Source: Eledone cirrhosa
Taxonomy: Eukaryota
Length of the DNA: 64,000 bases
Assembly (NCBI GenBank): GCA_964016885.1
Contig: OZ024748.1
Coordinates: 20,646,001-20,710,000, forward strand
Direction: 5' to 3'
Shown one piece after another: positions 39,791 to 53,573 of this stretch. How positions within the stretch are numbered: position 1 is the first letter of the stretch; the number at the start of each line of letters is the position of its first letter. The notes below the pieces were generated by a model. The model ran no database searches and was not told where the DNA came from. It saw nothing but the letters and a program-made list of their open reading frames with translations. A program made the position numbers and the translations under genes.

Positions 39791-42740
39791 CGTGACAAAT
39801 TCCTTAATTTTTGCGTAATGGGCTGAGATGATTCTTTTCATAAATTGTCATGTCGACCGAACACTTATCGAGAGAAACTAATTATCGAACAAGCTTTAGG
39901 ACATTTTTAAAGATAAAAGCACGAGATTAAAACTAGATTTGTTCCCAGTTTATTTAATCTCCATAGCTAAAAATGTTTTTCGAATTGAAAACATACTTGG
40001 AATATTTTACTGTTTAGTAATTGAATAAAAGCCACTACCCCTGATCCGTTTCAAGGCTTCCGAGACGAATGAAAGGTGGGAGGGAATCCTTAAACCAAAT
40101 GCTTACAACAGTGTAAACTCTGCTAAAGGCATTTAAGAACAGTGGTATTTAAACCATGAACGCAAAGAGCCGGAATAAATAAAGGATCTCGTCGCAGCCT
40201 CCACAATCAGTCAATCTATTACCTTGGACGGGTGCTTTATTTTATCCCTAAAGTAAAAAAGGCAATAATAGGATTCGAAGTAAAAGCAAAAGAAAGCCAA
40301 ACCAAATACAACAACGCATGTCTCAAGATTATAATTTTGACTTCAATAAACCTTGAGGAGCGAGAAATATTTCATAGCAATGTGACAGATTTGTCTTTTA
40401 GGCCATTAAAATTCCACCCCAACATGGACGAACTACCAATTCATACTCCTAGCTCACAACCGAACGATTCTATTTTATGGCTCCCTCAAATGGAAGCACT
40501 ATCATCCAAAATATGGTTGCATAAGACAAATTCCCTTACGTCTGGTTCCCTGTAGCCAGATATAATCCAAGAAGTCAAAAACTTGCTCCCCTCCTCCCTC
40601 ACCTGACGATTCGCTACAATAGTTTGACAAATTAATCACAATTCTGCATAGGAGAAGCGACGAAATAAACTTGATTTCTGAAGAGCAATATATGTTAAGC
40701 AGACTGTGGCCCAGAGCTTCGAGGTAGGACAACTGGCGGACCATGAAAGTGGCGGAGTATACTCCGCAAGAGTGAAAATGATCTCGAGGACGACCTCACC
40801 CGAGTGGCCAAGGCTAGCCCATGAACGATGTCGCTGGATGCAGTCCAGAGAAGGACTTCGATTAGTGACTGACCTGTGATAAACCCAATGTATGAAAAAC
40901 AAAATGTTCTTGAGCTTAAAGTCCTAATTGCTTTAAATCCACACTACTGAAGAAGTCAAGAGAAATGATCCTCCAGGAATGACAATGCCCTGATAAATGG
41001 GGACATTTAGCGAGTATTTGTGCATAGTTAACAGAACTAGGTATAATTTGTCTTGGAGCCCATGACTATTTTGGGGGTTACTAAGTTTTCCTTCATTCCT
41101 GCATGACAAGCCATACAGCGGAATTAATTCGAAGCAACTAACTTTCTCATACATGCCTGCAGTGATAAATGTGTGAGAAGCACAAAATGTTCTTTAGCTT
41201 AAGACCCCTTTCGACTAGACCACAATACTAGGATAAAACAACTGTTGAGGGAGAGCGAGAATACTGGAAGTTAACATTTTGAAACACGTGTTTCTCCAAA
41301 TACTCCCAATAACCCTTCAGTTTAATCCTTGCTTCTATTTAAGGAGATTTCTATTGGTCTCTTGACAGGGTATAGAAAGTGCCTTTCCATTAGTTAGAAG
41401 CAGTTATCCAAAGAGTCATGTATCCAATGAAATACATACACGAGTCAGTCATTGGAGTAGAGGCTAATGTCACCTAACTGGGTTGGCGAAATAAAACTAT
41501 CGCGAGTGTGATTGGGGTTGCTGTTCGCAACACAAGTAATCATTCCACGTTTGATACCTGGAAGTAATAATGTATACTACCGTTTCACCAAATGTTCAAC
41601 ATAACTCCTGTGGTACCTACAAGCACAGAACGTCAAGCACAGAAGACTTCCCCCACCTACACAATAACATTTGTAACTCCATGTGAAAACTTGTATTCGA
41701 AATTTTTTTTTTTCCCCGACTCAATTCCTGTTTCTTTTCTGACAACTCGTAATTTCCTCAGCATTACAAAACAAAGCACCCGCTTGTTTCTCTTAACGAA
41801 ACCACAAAGTAACAAAAAGGGTAATACTGGAAAGCCAGTGTGTGGTCAAGTCCCACCGATCGATCACTATATATTAGAGATGTATTGAATAAAGTGGGAT
41901 ACTCTAATTGTGTTGAAGCTTGGTCATCCTCCATAATATAAAGGCCATTGTACAATTTAATGGTTCAATCTCAGGCAGTTATGTCTAGCATATTGGGGGG
42001 GGGGGGGTCAAGGAGGGCAGAAAACTACACTACGTAACCCCGCTTTCATTTAACATTAATCATTCCATTTGCTTTGTATATCTAGAACTACATTATTTAA
42101 TGTGTTTGCTTTAAGACGTTAGGTTGTGATTTGAGATTTTGGCTGCTATTTCAAGCAGGCCTTTATTACAAGTGACAGGAGACAGGGTGGTACACTTCGC
42201 AAACTTTTCAATGGTGCTCCTTCAGATTTAGAAAAGATTAATAGAACAAGCCACATTTCATCGTAAAATTATCAGGCGTCATAGATACGTGTTCATTACC
42301 GTATTTCAGAGGCTTTTAACCATATTGGGTGTATTGGAAATCGATTGATATGCCTGGCATGGTTTACCTATCTCGCATCTATATCAGATTGTATTTTCTG
42401 ATTGTAGCAACATCGACTCGTGTCTCATTCGAAACATTTTCCAACGGCTTTCGTGTACGAAAACCAGAAAACCCGAGTCGAAGGAAGGCCATTGTAACAT
42501 ACGGCGAGTAACATACTGGTTTAAACAGTCGATTTCTTCCGAGTTGAAAATTGAGAAAGAAAGAAATATCGACTCCAGTACTGGACTGGCACTTTGTTGA
42601 CCTCAAAATGATTAAGTCGGACCTCAGGATTTGAACTCTGAATATAATCAAATTGAATACTACAAAGCATTCTATCTAACGTTCTATCGTCCAACATGTC
42701 ATATCAAGGACACTAAAATAGTTCAAAAGATAGATAACTA

Positions 42741-42925
42741 GGACACTGAAAAACCCTGCCAAAAACAGGTAGCCAGGGCACTGCCTGTGGAAAAACCCCT
42801 GCCAATAGAACAGATACCCAGGACACTACCTGTGGGGAAAAACTGCCAAAATAATAGGTAGATACCCAGGACACTGCCTGTGAAAAGAAACCTCCCAAAA
42901 ACAGGTAGATACCTAAGACACTGAA
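42741..42925. repeat. Degenerate ~40-46-bp tandem repeat x4-5
   Basis: Recurrent GATACCCAGGACACTGCCTGTG..AAAC..GCCAAAA. Confidence 0.75.
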
Positions 42926-44099
42926 AACAGTGGAAGATTTGTTTAGAGTTAACATTATGCCTAACAAAACGAAAAAATAAAAATGGAGACAAACTACTCT
43001 TGAATGAACGGTATATCTCAATTGTTTCCCATGAAGAACAGCCAGAAATACCAGCTGCTGCAACCATTTCTTTCTCAGGTCTGAAGCTCTAGACCCGATT
43101 TGGCGGCGAAATTTCTGACTAAGCTAAATAGACACATTTGAATTATTCTAAGGACTGGTTTATCAGACCTAATATAACCAGTTTTATTAAAAATGACAAG
43201 ACCATCGTTCCAGGATGAGCTGGGAATTAAAATAATGTTAACAGGCAAGAATTAGACTAAAATGGAAAATAGGGTAAGAATAAGAAAAGTGCGAGGCTGA
43301 TTCACAGACCACAAAAGGAAAAATGACAAAGTGAGAAAGTTACTATTTACAAATAAATAGTGACTAATTTCTGTTGCAACTAAAAATATTTCCCTTACTA
43401 AGTTGGAAAATAAGACACTAATGCTACATCTTTAAAACGTCTCATTACTAGCGTGATTTTAAAGAAATTTAGATGGTCGAAATTCTTTTGATCATAAGAT
43501 TGCCCGCTCATCAAGACGAGCATGGAGACGAGACAGTACCTAAATCCTTGGTACCCCAAATAGTATTTTAATCATAGCGACCCAAAATATGCTTATAACA
43601 AGAAAATCTAAGATACTGAAGTAGATGGACAATGACAATGAGATTGATATTTGACAAGGGTAGAGAGTAAAAAAATAAATAAACATTTTCTATAGATTAT
43701 TCCCAAGAATGCCATCCACGTAAATGGACGTGTGTTACGGGCAACATAGGAAGAGGAGAAACAATGTGTGCGATGAGCGACATCTACGCTTAGACCGACA
43801 AGAATCACTAGTAGGCCAACAGAATAGTGGAGAACAGGACCGCTAGGAGGAAATTGCAGGAGGCATCTGTTGATGACTGATGATGTTGAACCTCCATCCA
43901 ATAGCTTTAATCGCTTTCACCAATTCCGTGTAAACGTATATTTCTGTAAATACCTCCAAGAGCAACAAGTTATAAAATTTACAAAATTAACCCCAATAAA
44001 CTATAGGGGTGCATATTACTGGGGGTATGTTACCTTGTTAGAACACTTCGCGTTATCAAATGAAGTTACCACTGAATGGCTCCCATTTTGTGAACCGAA

Positions 44100-44370
44100 G
44101 AGGACTATGTGGACAACGGTGAAGTGGAGAGTCATTCAGGAAGAACCCTTCTAGACCTGCTTTGAACAATGGAAGGAACGCTAGTTAAATGTGTGGAGGC
44201 AAAGGGGGTCTACTTCAAACGGGATCAGCAATTGAAACCCACCACAAGGTTTTTCTGCAGCAGTCACAAGGGGTCTACTTCGAAGGGGATCAAGAATTGA
44301 AAACCCATCAACAAAGAAAAAGGTTACTCCAGTCTACTAAGGTCGGATAATTTTTTAACAGACCTATTAT
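44100..44370 (+). mobile_element. Mariner C-terminal remnant with a small internal duplication
   Basis: CFEQWKER..KCVEAKGVYF; GGGGTCTACTTC..GGGATCA occurs twice. Confidence 0.55.
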
Positions 44371-44854
44371 TCAATGCTATATTTTCCTTTGACTTTCAGC
44401 ACATGCAGTCATGAGGATATCGTTTCCAAAGATTAACAGGTTATTGCACTTGGTTCTTACTTCGACTGGAAACATCTCCGGAACAAGAGTTTCCATTCTG
44501 TCCTCCAGAACCACGCGGCAATAAGTGGAAAAGCTATGGAGATATAAAGTGACTGTACATGCTATAATATCTGGTTAAACTACGATACGACGTGACAATA
44601 AGTGGACAACTCCCCAACCTACAATGGTAACGTAACTGGACATACTATATTAAAGAGTTACGCAATTTAATTCATGTGTGAAATCAATAAGTAAATATAA
44701 ATTTCTAATTGAGGCACAAGACCAACAATGTTTTTTTAGGGGGTGGGGGAAAATTTGGTAATTTATTTTATCGATCTCGGAAAAATGATACGCTAAGTCG
44801 ACTTTGGTAAAATTTGAACTCAGAACAAAATCATAACTAAATCCCGAAAGACAA

Positions 44855-45072
44855 GTTCTAATTTAAGCACATAGCCGGTAATTTCGGGGAGGGAGGAATG
44901 GGAGTGGAAGTTAATTAAAGCGACTACCAGTACTTTACTGGTACTTTATTTTATCGATTCTAGAAGGATGAAATACGACGTTGGCCTCGGCAGGGTTTGA
45001 ACTCAGACTACAGAACCAGAACAAATAACGCAAAGTATTTCTTCCATCGCTCTAACAATTTTGCCAATCCAC
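44855..45072 (-). mobile_element. tRNA-derived SINE
   Basis: GGTACTTTATTTTATCGA..AAGGATGAAA..CCTCGGC..TTTGAACTCAG..TGCCAATCCAC. Confidence 0.8.
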
Positions 45073-45164
45073 AATAATACAAGTAACTGCCACACCAACA
45101 GTCATGTCCACACACTATTGGGGTACACTAACAGCACTAATAGCTACATTATGGGCACATACTA

Positions 45165-45360
45165 CAGGGTGGCTCAAAAGTCACAGGGGTCGCATGACCG
45201 CCATTTGAAAGTATTTTCATAAGTAATGTAGGCGTGACAAGGATTGACGAGTACAAAATAATTCCCATTATGTCCTTTAAGTTGTATCAAAATTTCATAC
45301 AATCTGTACAATTCAGGGAGTTAAAAACTAAAACCCCTGTGTGACTTTTGGGCCACCCTG
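45165..45360. mobile_element. Tc1/mariner-type MITE
   Basis: TIRs CAGGGTGGCTCAAAAGTCAC / GTGACTTTTGGGCCACCCTG, TA flanks. Confidence 0.9.
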
Positions 45361-45479
45361 TATAATAGCTGACTAACAGAACCAATAACTACATTGAGTC
45401 GAAAATGATGCACTGGGGTACGCCAACAACAGCACCAGTAGCTACATTATGACCACAGTAGTGAGATGTGTAATAAGGA

Positions 45480-45688
45480 TTTCTACAATAGGAACAAGGC
45501 CAGCGATTTTGGGGGAAGGGGAAGTCAATTAAATCGACCCCAGCGCGTTACTGGTGCTTTATTTTATCAAAACCCCGTAGGAATGAAAGGCAAAGCTAAC
45601 CCCGTGGGATTTGAACTCAGAACTTAAATCGCCGTAACTATGCTGCAAAGCAATGTGTGACGCTCTACCGATTCTGCCAATCCGCCAC
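45480..45688 (-). mobile_element. tRNA-derived SINE, full length
   Basis: Reverse complement of the SINE copies at 61767-62213. Confidence 0.85.
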
Positions 45689-46972
45689 CCTCATATAGCC
45701 ATATATCACTTGACTGGGGTACACACCACCACCAATAGCCACATTATGTTCAAATATTGTACTGAGATATCCTCTGCATGATTCTTTCCAGAAGTAAAGA
45801 GCTAAGTCGAGGTATACTTGTATTGAGTACACACCAATAACACATCTACATAATTCCACATTTGTTTTCGAGCTCAGACATCGGATTATACATTGAAGAA
45901 CTGAACTTAATGAGAAACTAATTGAGGGTTTAAGCCTATATAACTACTCGTGCTTTTAGTAATTTAGGCATCCCGTTATGACCGAAATAAGTTTTACGAT
46001 TGTCGATCGTTTCATTAATCTCTTCATAGAAGTTATTTCTTTAATTGCTGTATCACGTGATGGGCGAGTTCTCTCCCTTAAGCCGAATGGAGCGTTGAAC
46101 TCGATAGATTTTACAAACTGGAGATCGGGTACCCAAAGATAGAAAGTTAAGAGGAAAGTCTTTACCCAGCTATGGCATAACAGTGGTTTGGTTAATTTAA
46201 TAGCACCAGACTAGAAATTAAAGATACAGCAAAAAACAACTTTCAAAATATCGATTTCTATAATAGGTTCAAAGCCCAAAATCTGGGTAAGAAAGTAAAT
46301 TATATCGGCATACATTTCTTTCCGTATCTGATTTATACACCAATAGCTACATATCCACGCTGTACTAGAGTACACAACACCAATAGCCACATGCCCAAAT
46401 ACTGTACGAAAATAGCTCATTCTATGTATATAATTCCTTCCGGCAGTAAAGACGCAAGTCGAGGTATAACTATTGAGTATATACCAACAACACTACACCG
46501 TATGCATCATTACCACATGTTAAAGGCAACATCTACCGATCTATTCAGTAGTGTAGCTCTGTGACAAAATGTCCACAATAGAAGAACAGTTAATAGTAAA
46601 GTATCAGTGATTTCGTGGCCCGTGTACTCAATAGAATGTTGAGAATGTAATGGTGGCGAGGCTAGAGTATTCAGCATTGTTTTATATATAAATATGAATG
46701 TAATAGATATAGAAGCAGTTGTAATAAAAAAAATTTCATAAGCTGTAAATCTGTCTTCCTTTCTTTCCTGATGAAGGACTTAAGTCTGAAACCTCCACTT
46801 CAACCAAGCGTGAACCCAATACACTCGTGGAAAATTGCCTCCTGCGTTTTGTTGGTTATTTTCAACTATATATATATAATATATATAATACATACAGAGT
46901 TGAAAACCAAATTAAAAGCTGTTTATAGAGAGAAAGGGCCGTTAATATAAAAGATACTGTATGTCACACACA

Positions 46973-47497
46973 CCCCAGGAGCGGAAGGCCCTCAACAACC
47001 AGGACTGAGATCAACGTTCAGCACGTCAGGCAGATGGTGCGTAACGATTGTCGGCTGACTGTTCGACTGATGGCAAATGAGCTGGGCATGAATCGGGACA
47101 GCGTCTGGAAGATTCTCACTGAAGATTTGGACATGCCGAAAGTTTGCGCGAAGATGGTTCCAAAACTGCTGAACGATGACCAGAAGAGTCGACGTATGCA
47201 AGTGTGCCAGGACAACCTCGAGCCTCTTGAAACCAAAACAGACTTGCTTGGGACAGTCATCACTGGTGATGAGTCATGGATCTTCGAGTACGACCCGGAG
47301 GGGACCCGTTTTGAAGACGTGGACGACATCAAAAAGGCCGTGACGACGGAACTGCGGAGGACCCCGGAAGAATCATTCCAAGCGTGGCAGAAAAGGATGG
47401 AAAAGTGCATTACACTCCAGGGGGATTACTTTGGAGAAAACTGAAGTTTGGGTTTGAAATAAATCTTTTGTGACATCAGTCCTGGAACTTTTCTGAC
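46973..47497 (+). mobile_element. Second, truncated copy of the 278-1184 mariner derivative
   Basis: High similarity, including the same deletion junction GAGTACGACCCGGAGGGGACCCGTTTTGAAG. Confidence 0.93.
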
Positions 47498-47504
47498 CTG
47501 GCTG

Positions 47505-47855
47505 TCAGAACTTCGTCGACCACACTTCACCTGACATCTGCAACCTCCTCGACTTTTTTGTGTGGGGCGCAGTGGAACGAGACACCAACAGATCTAGATC
47601 CAATACGAAAGACGATCTGAAGGCCAGGATCACAAGTGCCTTTAGGGGCCTAAGTCGGAGGACAGTGACGAAGGCCTGTAGCCGGTTCCGAGGCCACTTT
47701 GAGGTGGTCATCAAAGCCAATGGCGGGTTTATCGAGTGAGATCGAAAGAACGCATGAAGACAAACTGACCCAAGTTTGATAAATATATCTTAAAAAATAA
47801 AACTACCGTGTTTTCCTATACAGTAATCCTGCGAACAAATATCGTCCGCACCCTG
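47505..47855 (+). mobile_element. maT (DD37D)-like transposon 3' end
   Basis: SPDICNLLDFFVWGAVE..LKARI..ACSRFRGHFEVVIKANGGFIE*; end CACCCTG+TA. Confidence 0.75.
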
Positions 47856-48280
47856 TATATATTCCCATCTAAGTTTTAACTATACGATACACGGCTTCCA
47901 CACCACTTTGGAATACTACCTTGACCACCGGCTCAACCGCGATTTAATCCGCCGTGACCAACCTCTGAACGTTCCCCAAACTCTCCCACAAACCTTTTCT
48001 TCCCTTGTTTATTTTTTTCCTATTCTATTGCATTATTTCTTGATCATAATTATTTTACTGTATGTTTATTTCTGCTTATGATTTGTCTGATTTTTTTGTC
48101 CATGTTTTCCTGTGCATACTTTCACCTTACGATAATTTTGTTTTTATTTTCCTTCGTCTGTCTACCATTTTTGCACTTACTCCTTTGTTCAACCCCCTCC
48201 CCCCCCCCCCCCATTCTCAAAAGCGTGAACCTAATAAACTCTTATTTGTACTGCCTGTTTTTGTTCGTCTAAGTTTTAAC

Positions 48281-48311
<31 letters not shown>

Positions 48312-49209
48312 CATATATATACATATATATATATATAATGTTCTCCGACCTATCACCACCAAGAGAATCGACTTAACGGTTAATTTCATACAAGATACAT
48401 CAAACCAATGCTTGAAATATCTTGGAAATGCAGGGTCAAGAAGGAAATATTTCCATCACCAGATCACAGCCTTTCTCAAATTCAAATTAATCCGTCCCTA
48501 AATGAGCTGGACGAGTTTCAAGTTTAGCGAACCACTCCACGTCTCACTCCCTTACTTGATAGTCTCAATGAAGGAACATGGTTTGGCGAAGTTAAAAGGT
48601 CCTTAACTTCTCGTAGAGTCTTATAAATGCCGTTCTGAAACGCGTCGTTTCTCGGGTATTTTAAACCTGGCAGACCCCATCCCTATGTAGGTCTGAATAT
48701 AACCGGTTTCTTCCAGAGAAAGATAAGATTTTGCTTCCCAATGTTAGACTAGAATCATCAACGTTCTACTTGAAAGACGAGCAGAAGAGAGAAATCTGGC
48801 AGATTTTAGTATCAAATCAGACATCGTTGGTATCAAACTTGGCAGAACCCATTCCCGTCTAGAATTAAAAGTAACCATTTCTTCTAAAGAAAAAGAACCA
48901 ATGCCCATTACTAGTGTAGCATTACCACCCCGCTCTACTTGAAAGACAAGGGGAAGAGAGAAGAGGAACAGAGAAGAGAGGGATATGGTAGATTTTAATA
49001 TCAAACCAGACACGCTGAGAAAAGCGGCCAAAAGACGTTCTTCAATCGTGAAATGGCAATGGATCAGAAAGAAAGAAAGGTTGGCGAAAGGAAAGGACGT
49101 AATGAATGACTGACATCTATTATTTGTGAGGAGCAACACTACAACAGTGGATGTAGTTCTCATCTGCCATCCGTTCCTTTGTCCAACGTTACATTTGTAT
49201 ATACGATCT

Positions 49210-49735
49210 ACCACAGCACCGCAGTATGTTCCGAATCAAGAGCATGCTCAGTCTTTATTTCGACATCCGCGGTATTGTGCACCGAGCATTCTTCCACCAG
49301 AACCAGACCATCAATCGAGAGTTATACTGCTACGTTTTGAGGCGTTCGAGGGAGGGGGTTCGGCAAAAGTGACCGGATCTGTGAAGCGCGAACAATTGGA
49401 TTCATCACGATACACCCTGCTCGCCGAGCTCCCATCACTCGTGAGTTTCTCGGCAAGATCAACATCGTATCGCTTCCAAACGCGCCGTATTCGCCAGATT
49501 TAGCGCCTACAGACTTCCATCTCTTCAAGCTGAAAATGTAGCAGAGACCCAGAGCGAATCACAGCTCAACTCGCTTATGGAAAACGACTTCCAGGCTGGA
49601 TTTCAAAAGTGGCAGTAACGCTTTGAAGGTGCATTGCTGCGCAATGCGACTTGCTAAAAGGAACGTCAAAATCTATGTAAACAGTTTTTTTTAAACTAAA
49701 ACGGGTCCGGGAATTTTTAAATATCGCATAGTATG
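49210..49735 (+). mobile_element. Degenerate mariner transposase fragment
   Basis: FDIRGIVH, QTINRELYC, HHD, PYSPDLAPTDFHLF. Confidence 0.8.
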
Positions 49736-50790
49736 TTCCAAATTGATAGTTCCTTAGTTAAGTAATAACATGTTATATCACATTGGCAAGTTACCAAACT
49801 AGTACTGCCATAAGAATAATCAGCATATTAATATAACTCGTCTCAGCAGAATTTACAGAATGTACGGCGGCCGAGTACCCAAACATTTTATACGGAGAGT
49901 TGGGTAAAGGAAAGCAACTCGTAAACATACAATATGTCAGCTAAAGAAACGATGGAAAGCTGTAACACCCTAACCATCATCCTCGAAGCCGGCAGTGCGG
50001 TAAGGTCTCTTCAAGTTAGGAAAGACTTGCCCAACAGTCAGAGGAAAAACGGTGAAAGAGGAAGTTCCAACGTCTGATAAACGAGAATCAGACTTCGTCT
50101 GTAGTGGGTCTAGGTGAGGCTGCCATTCTCGTATAGGACCGTCAAGCTACACCCGATGCTGCACCATAAACAGCACCCAGTGTACAACTCCATAGTTTCC
50201 CCGAGACTGATAGATACCTAAGGAAACAGGAATATATCAGTTTCATTAAACCACTTGCAAGGAAAAAGAATTGAATCTGAAAAAAAAACAGTGAAAACAA
50301 CCTTTCGCGCTTTCATTGCCTCTCGCCCTCCGGGCTTCTTTGCTGCCAGCAAAAATAAGTTACCGTTAAGATGACAAAAGTGTTAATAGTTTAGGCTCAT
50401 ATTTGTTTAATTGCACTGTCTCTTTCAATTCGAAATCGGAAATTGTGAGAATACCGATTTCATAGCGAGCCACGTAAACAAAACCTAAACTTCCTTCACT
50501 TAATTAGCAAAGAATACATTACGTGCTCAGAAAGTGTAGTGAAGATTTTAGTTAGAGAATTACAAAATACTGTAGTTATAGTAAAATAAATGATCTAACT
50601 TCAGAAGACTAGCACAAGGAGAAAACGAATTAGAGTACACATTTGAGTCATCGATATAGAGTACACATTTGAGTCATCGATAACCTTTACTACTAATAGA
50701 ATAAGTAAGTGAGGGGGAACCTCTACATGGTCGCTCGACCTGTTAGAAATAGCATCTGCATCCTCTAAAAAAAGGGGGATGAAGGGGACA

Positions 50791-50994
50791 GTGTCTTGGC
50801 CAGACTTACAATTAAACTCTATCTGGAATGTATCGAATAATATTACGCCCCCTCGGCGTGGGAAGACAGCCTAAGTCCGTGGTACGAGCGGCAGCTTCGT
50901 CGTTTTTGTTTTTTTTCTCAGTGGCGATTGGTGTCTTGGCAGGTTCAACCATTCTCGGGTAGTCGACCATATAAGGACGAACTAAGGCGTAATA
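50791..50994 (+). ncRNA. Candidate HDV-like ribozyme fold at the 5' end of an R2-type element
   Basis: P2 TATTACGCC(50841-49)/GGCGTAATA(50986-94); P3 CCC/GGG around L3 TCGGCGT; P4 GTCC/GGAC; J4/2 CTAA; possible P1 GTGTCTT(50791-97)/AAGACAG(50863-69). Confidence 0.6.
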
Positions 50995-52250
50995 ATGAAT
51001 GAATAATAAATCCATACGGCAGCTGGGGGCCGAAAAACCAGCGACTAAAGATGGGATGGGCCTTTCTAGCCTGCCGCAGCGTGCTGTAATGGCCCTCTGG
51101 CGCAAATGGCAATCATCTCCCACGGCTGACATCGAGTCGGGTCATGACCCTCGTAAGAATACCGACTCGCTGGATATGGATCAACGGAAGATAGTTACCG
51201 ACAATAACAGTTCGTGTGTTCCGGATAAGTTCACTCTGGATTACAGTACGCATGTCTTGGTGTTGAGAGGCAAACAGCTTCCCTCACAGTGGGCGCGAGA
51301 CCCCGTGGACTGTCGGCTAGGTCGGATTGCCCGTTGCTGGAGAGGATTGCCTCGTAAAAGCGTCATGTTTTGCTCACTGTCCACGTCACTTCTCTGCCCT
51401 GTCTGGTTGGGCGGAACATTTGCTACATCGGCATGGGCGAAAACCGATTTTCAGACGTTTCAAATGTGGTAGGGAGAGTGGTCACCTTCATTCACCACTC
51501 TGGCCGATGTACAGACAGGAGATGGGATGACAATTCTGCCGACTCGGGCCTGGGCCATAAATGTGGGGAATGCGACCGTGCTTTTCGTATGATCGCCGGA
51601 AGATCTCAGCACGAGAGAGACCAGCATCCCGCGGTTACCAATCGCCGCAGAATTGCGAAACACGCTGAAGAGATCGAACGAAAGCGTGCGACTCGTACTG
51701 CAATCCCTCGCATTCGTGTTCGTAGGGGCTGCTGGTCCGAGGAAGGGGTGGCGATCCTTGAAAAAGAGGGATAGCTCTTAGCGGGATACCGTCGCGTCAA
51801 CGTAGGTATCGCTCCGTTCCTGCCTGGAAAGACCGTTAAGCAGATTATTCAGATCGCTCTTTGAACTAAAGAGAGGTGCAATAAACGGTCCTCTACCCGT
51901 GCGATCGCCTGACCAGATGGGTGGAACGATCACCACGGCAGCCCTCGATTCTGATGGGAGGAACTCGTTTAGTGATGTGGTGGAACCGGGTCGCTTCGAT
52001 GAGCCGCTGCCTTTGCCGAGTGTCACCACATTGTGATGAGATCACGGACGAGGGATGGGGGTGCGTTCGGAGTTTCGATGGATAGTTGGAGAACATGCGT
52101 TCGCGTAGGAGGCGCGCTAAGCCCGCGAAAAAGAGTGGACGTAAGAGGCCCTACAAGAAATCTGGTAGAAATAGTGTAAAGAGCGCTTTACGCTCACTAC
52201 CAGTATTTACACGACAGAGATCGGGCAGTCTATACGGTGTCACAGCCCAG
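50841..52250 (+). mobile_element. R2-clade non-LTR retrotransposon, 5' part only (zinc fingers and Myb)
   Basis: CSL/CPRHF..WAEHLLHRH, a degenerate CCHC-like finger, CGECDRAF..GRSQHERDQHP, Myb-like WSEEGVAIL..VNVGIAPFLPGKTVKQI; no RT downstream. Confidence 0.8.
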
Positions 52251-52689
52251 TCAATAAGATCGGGCTTCGGTAGAATTTGAACTCAACACTGCAAGCTAAT
52301 GAAACATTGTTACAGCAACATTATATATAATGCCCCCCCCCCACTCTCAAGCCTGAAATTAATAACATTTGTACTGCCTCTTCGCTTCCACATTTGTTTT
52401 GTCTCAACTATAAAAAATATATATATATGTATATATATGCACATATATACACGTGCGATGAGTCGATCTAAAACACTAATTGTAACACTAACTAACCCTA
52501 ATTTTAGATCAACTTTTTACATCTACCTTCACCTAAACGGACACTTAAAACGTTTACCGTTTCAAACAAGTTTTATCTCATTGTATTTGGTTACATTCTA
52601 GTTTCCCCCTTGTCCATTCCTATAGATTACGCTTACCTTGCCCTAAACCGCACGCATTACGGAAAACTACACAAATACTGTACAATGAT

Positions 52690-53040
52690 TTAGTGGTATT
52701 CCGATCTAGACCTTCTCCATAGCCAACATTCAGCCAAAAAGGTATTGTCTCCATGTTAACTCAGACAAAACGGAATACATAAGCTTAAATCAAAATGGAA
52801 GTATCGAGACATTATCCGACACCTCAACTGTAGAACAATTTACTTGTTTGTAGTAAAATCTAACTGCGATAGGTATGTAAAGATATATTTGTAAGGCCTG
52901 AGTGTCATCCTAGAGCGGAAAGGTAGACTTCCAGACAAAAGGAACTTCTTTCAAGCAACTATTACCTGTTTTATTATACAACTGCTCAGCATGGACCCTT
53001 ACCTCTCAAAACTGGAAAGAGCCTACACTCGCTTGTGACT
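52690..53040 (+). mobile_element. Decayed RTE-like LINE remnant
   Basis: LHVNSDKTEYISLNQNGSI, VEQFTCL, LLYNCSAWTLT. Confidence 0.55.
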
Positions 53041-53533
53041 AAGCAGGAAGCGCGCACCCTATCAGTTGGCCTCACGTCCTAAGAGCAACATACCAAAGCA
53101 TGCACCTTAAGTTTCAGCACATGACAAAATTTAAAGAATTACTGAAAAGAGGAAAAGTTGATTATTTTCAGCACACGAGATAGGAAATTAAATGGATGAA
53201 GACATTCTCAATCCGGATATCGGGACCGAGTGCTTGCCACAAAGTAAACTCCGCTAAAGTTACCCTAGGGTGAAGTTGTGCTAAACTGGGAGACATTACA
53301 ATTAGCACCCATCCCACCAAAGAAAAGTTGATATTTTCCGTTTACCAAATGTTACGCAATGCTTTGGTCAACCTGAGGAAATGGTAGAAGACACTTGCTC
53401 AGGATGTCACTGAAATTGAAGCTGAAACCTAAGGCCTTAAGCGAATTTGAACAAATCCCCGGAAATTCTTGGGTCGAGTACGATGTAGTATTGTCGACAT
53501 CCTACATCCTGTACTTTCCAGCACGATTACAGT

Positions 53534-53573
<40 letters not shown>

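Noticed and set aside
50870-50982. GTCC...GGAC-GAA as a hammerhead stem II
   Set aside because: No CUGANGA or GAAA core; fits better as P4 of an HDV-like fold
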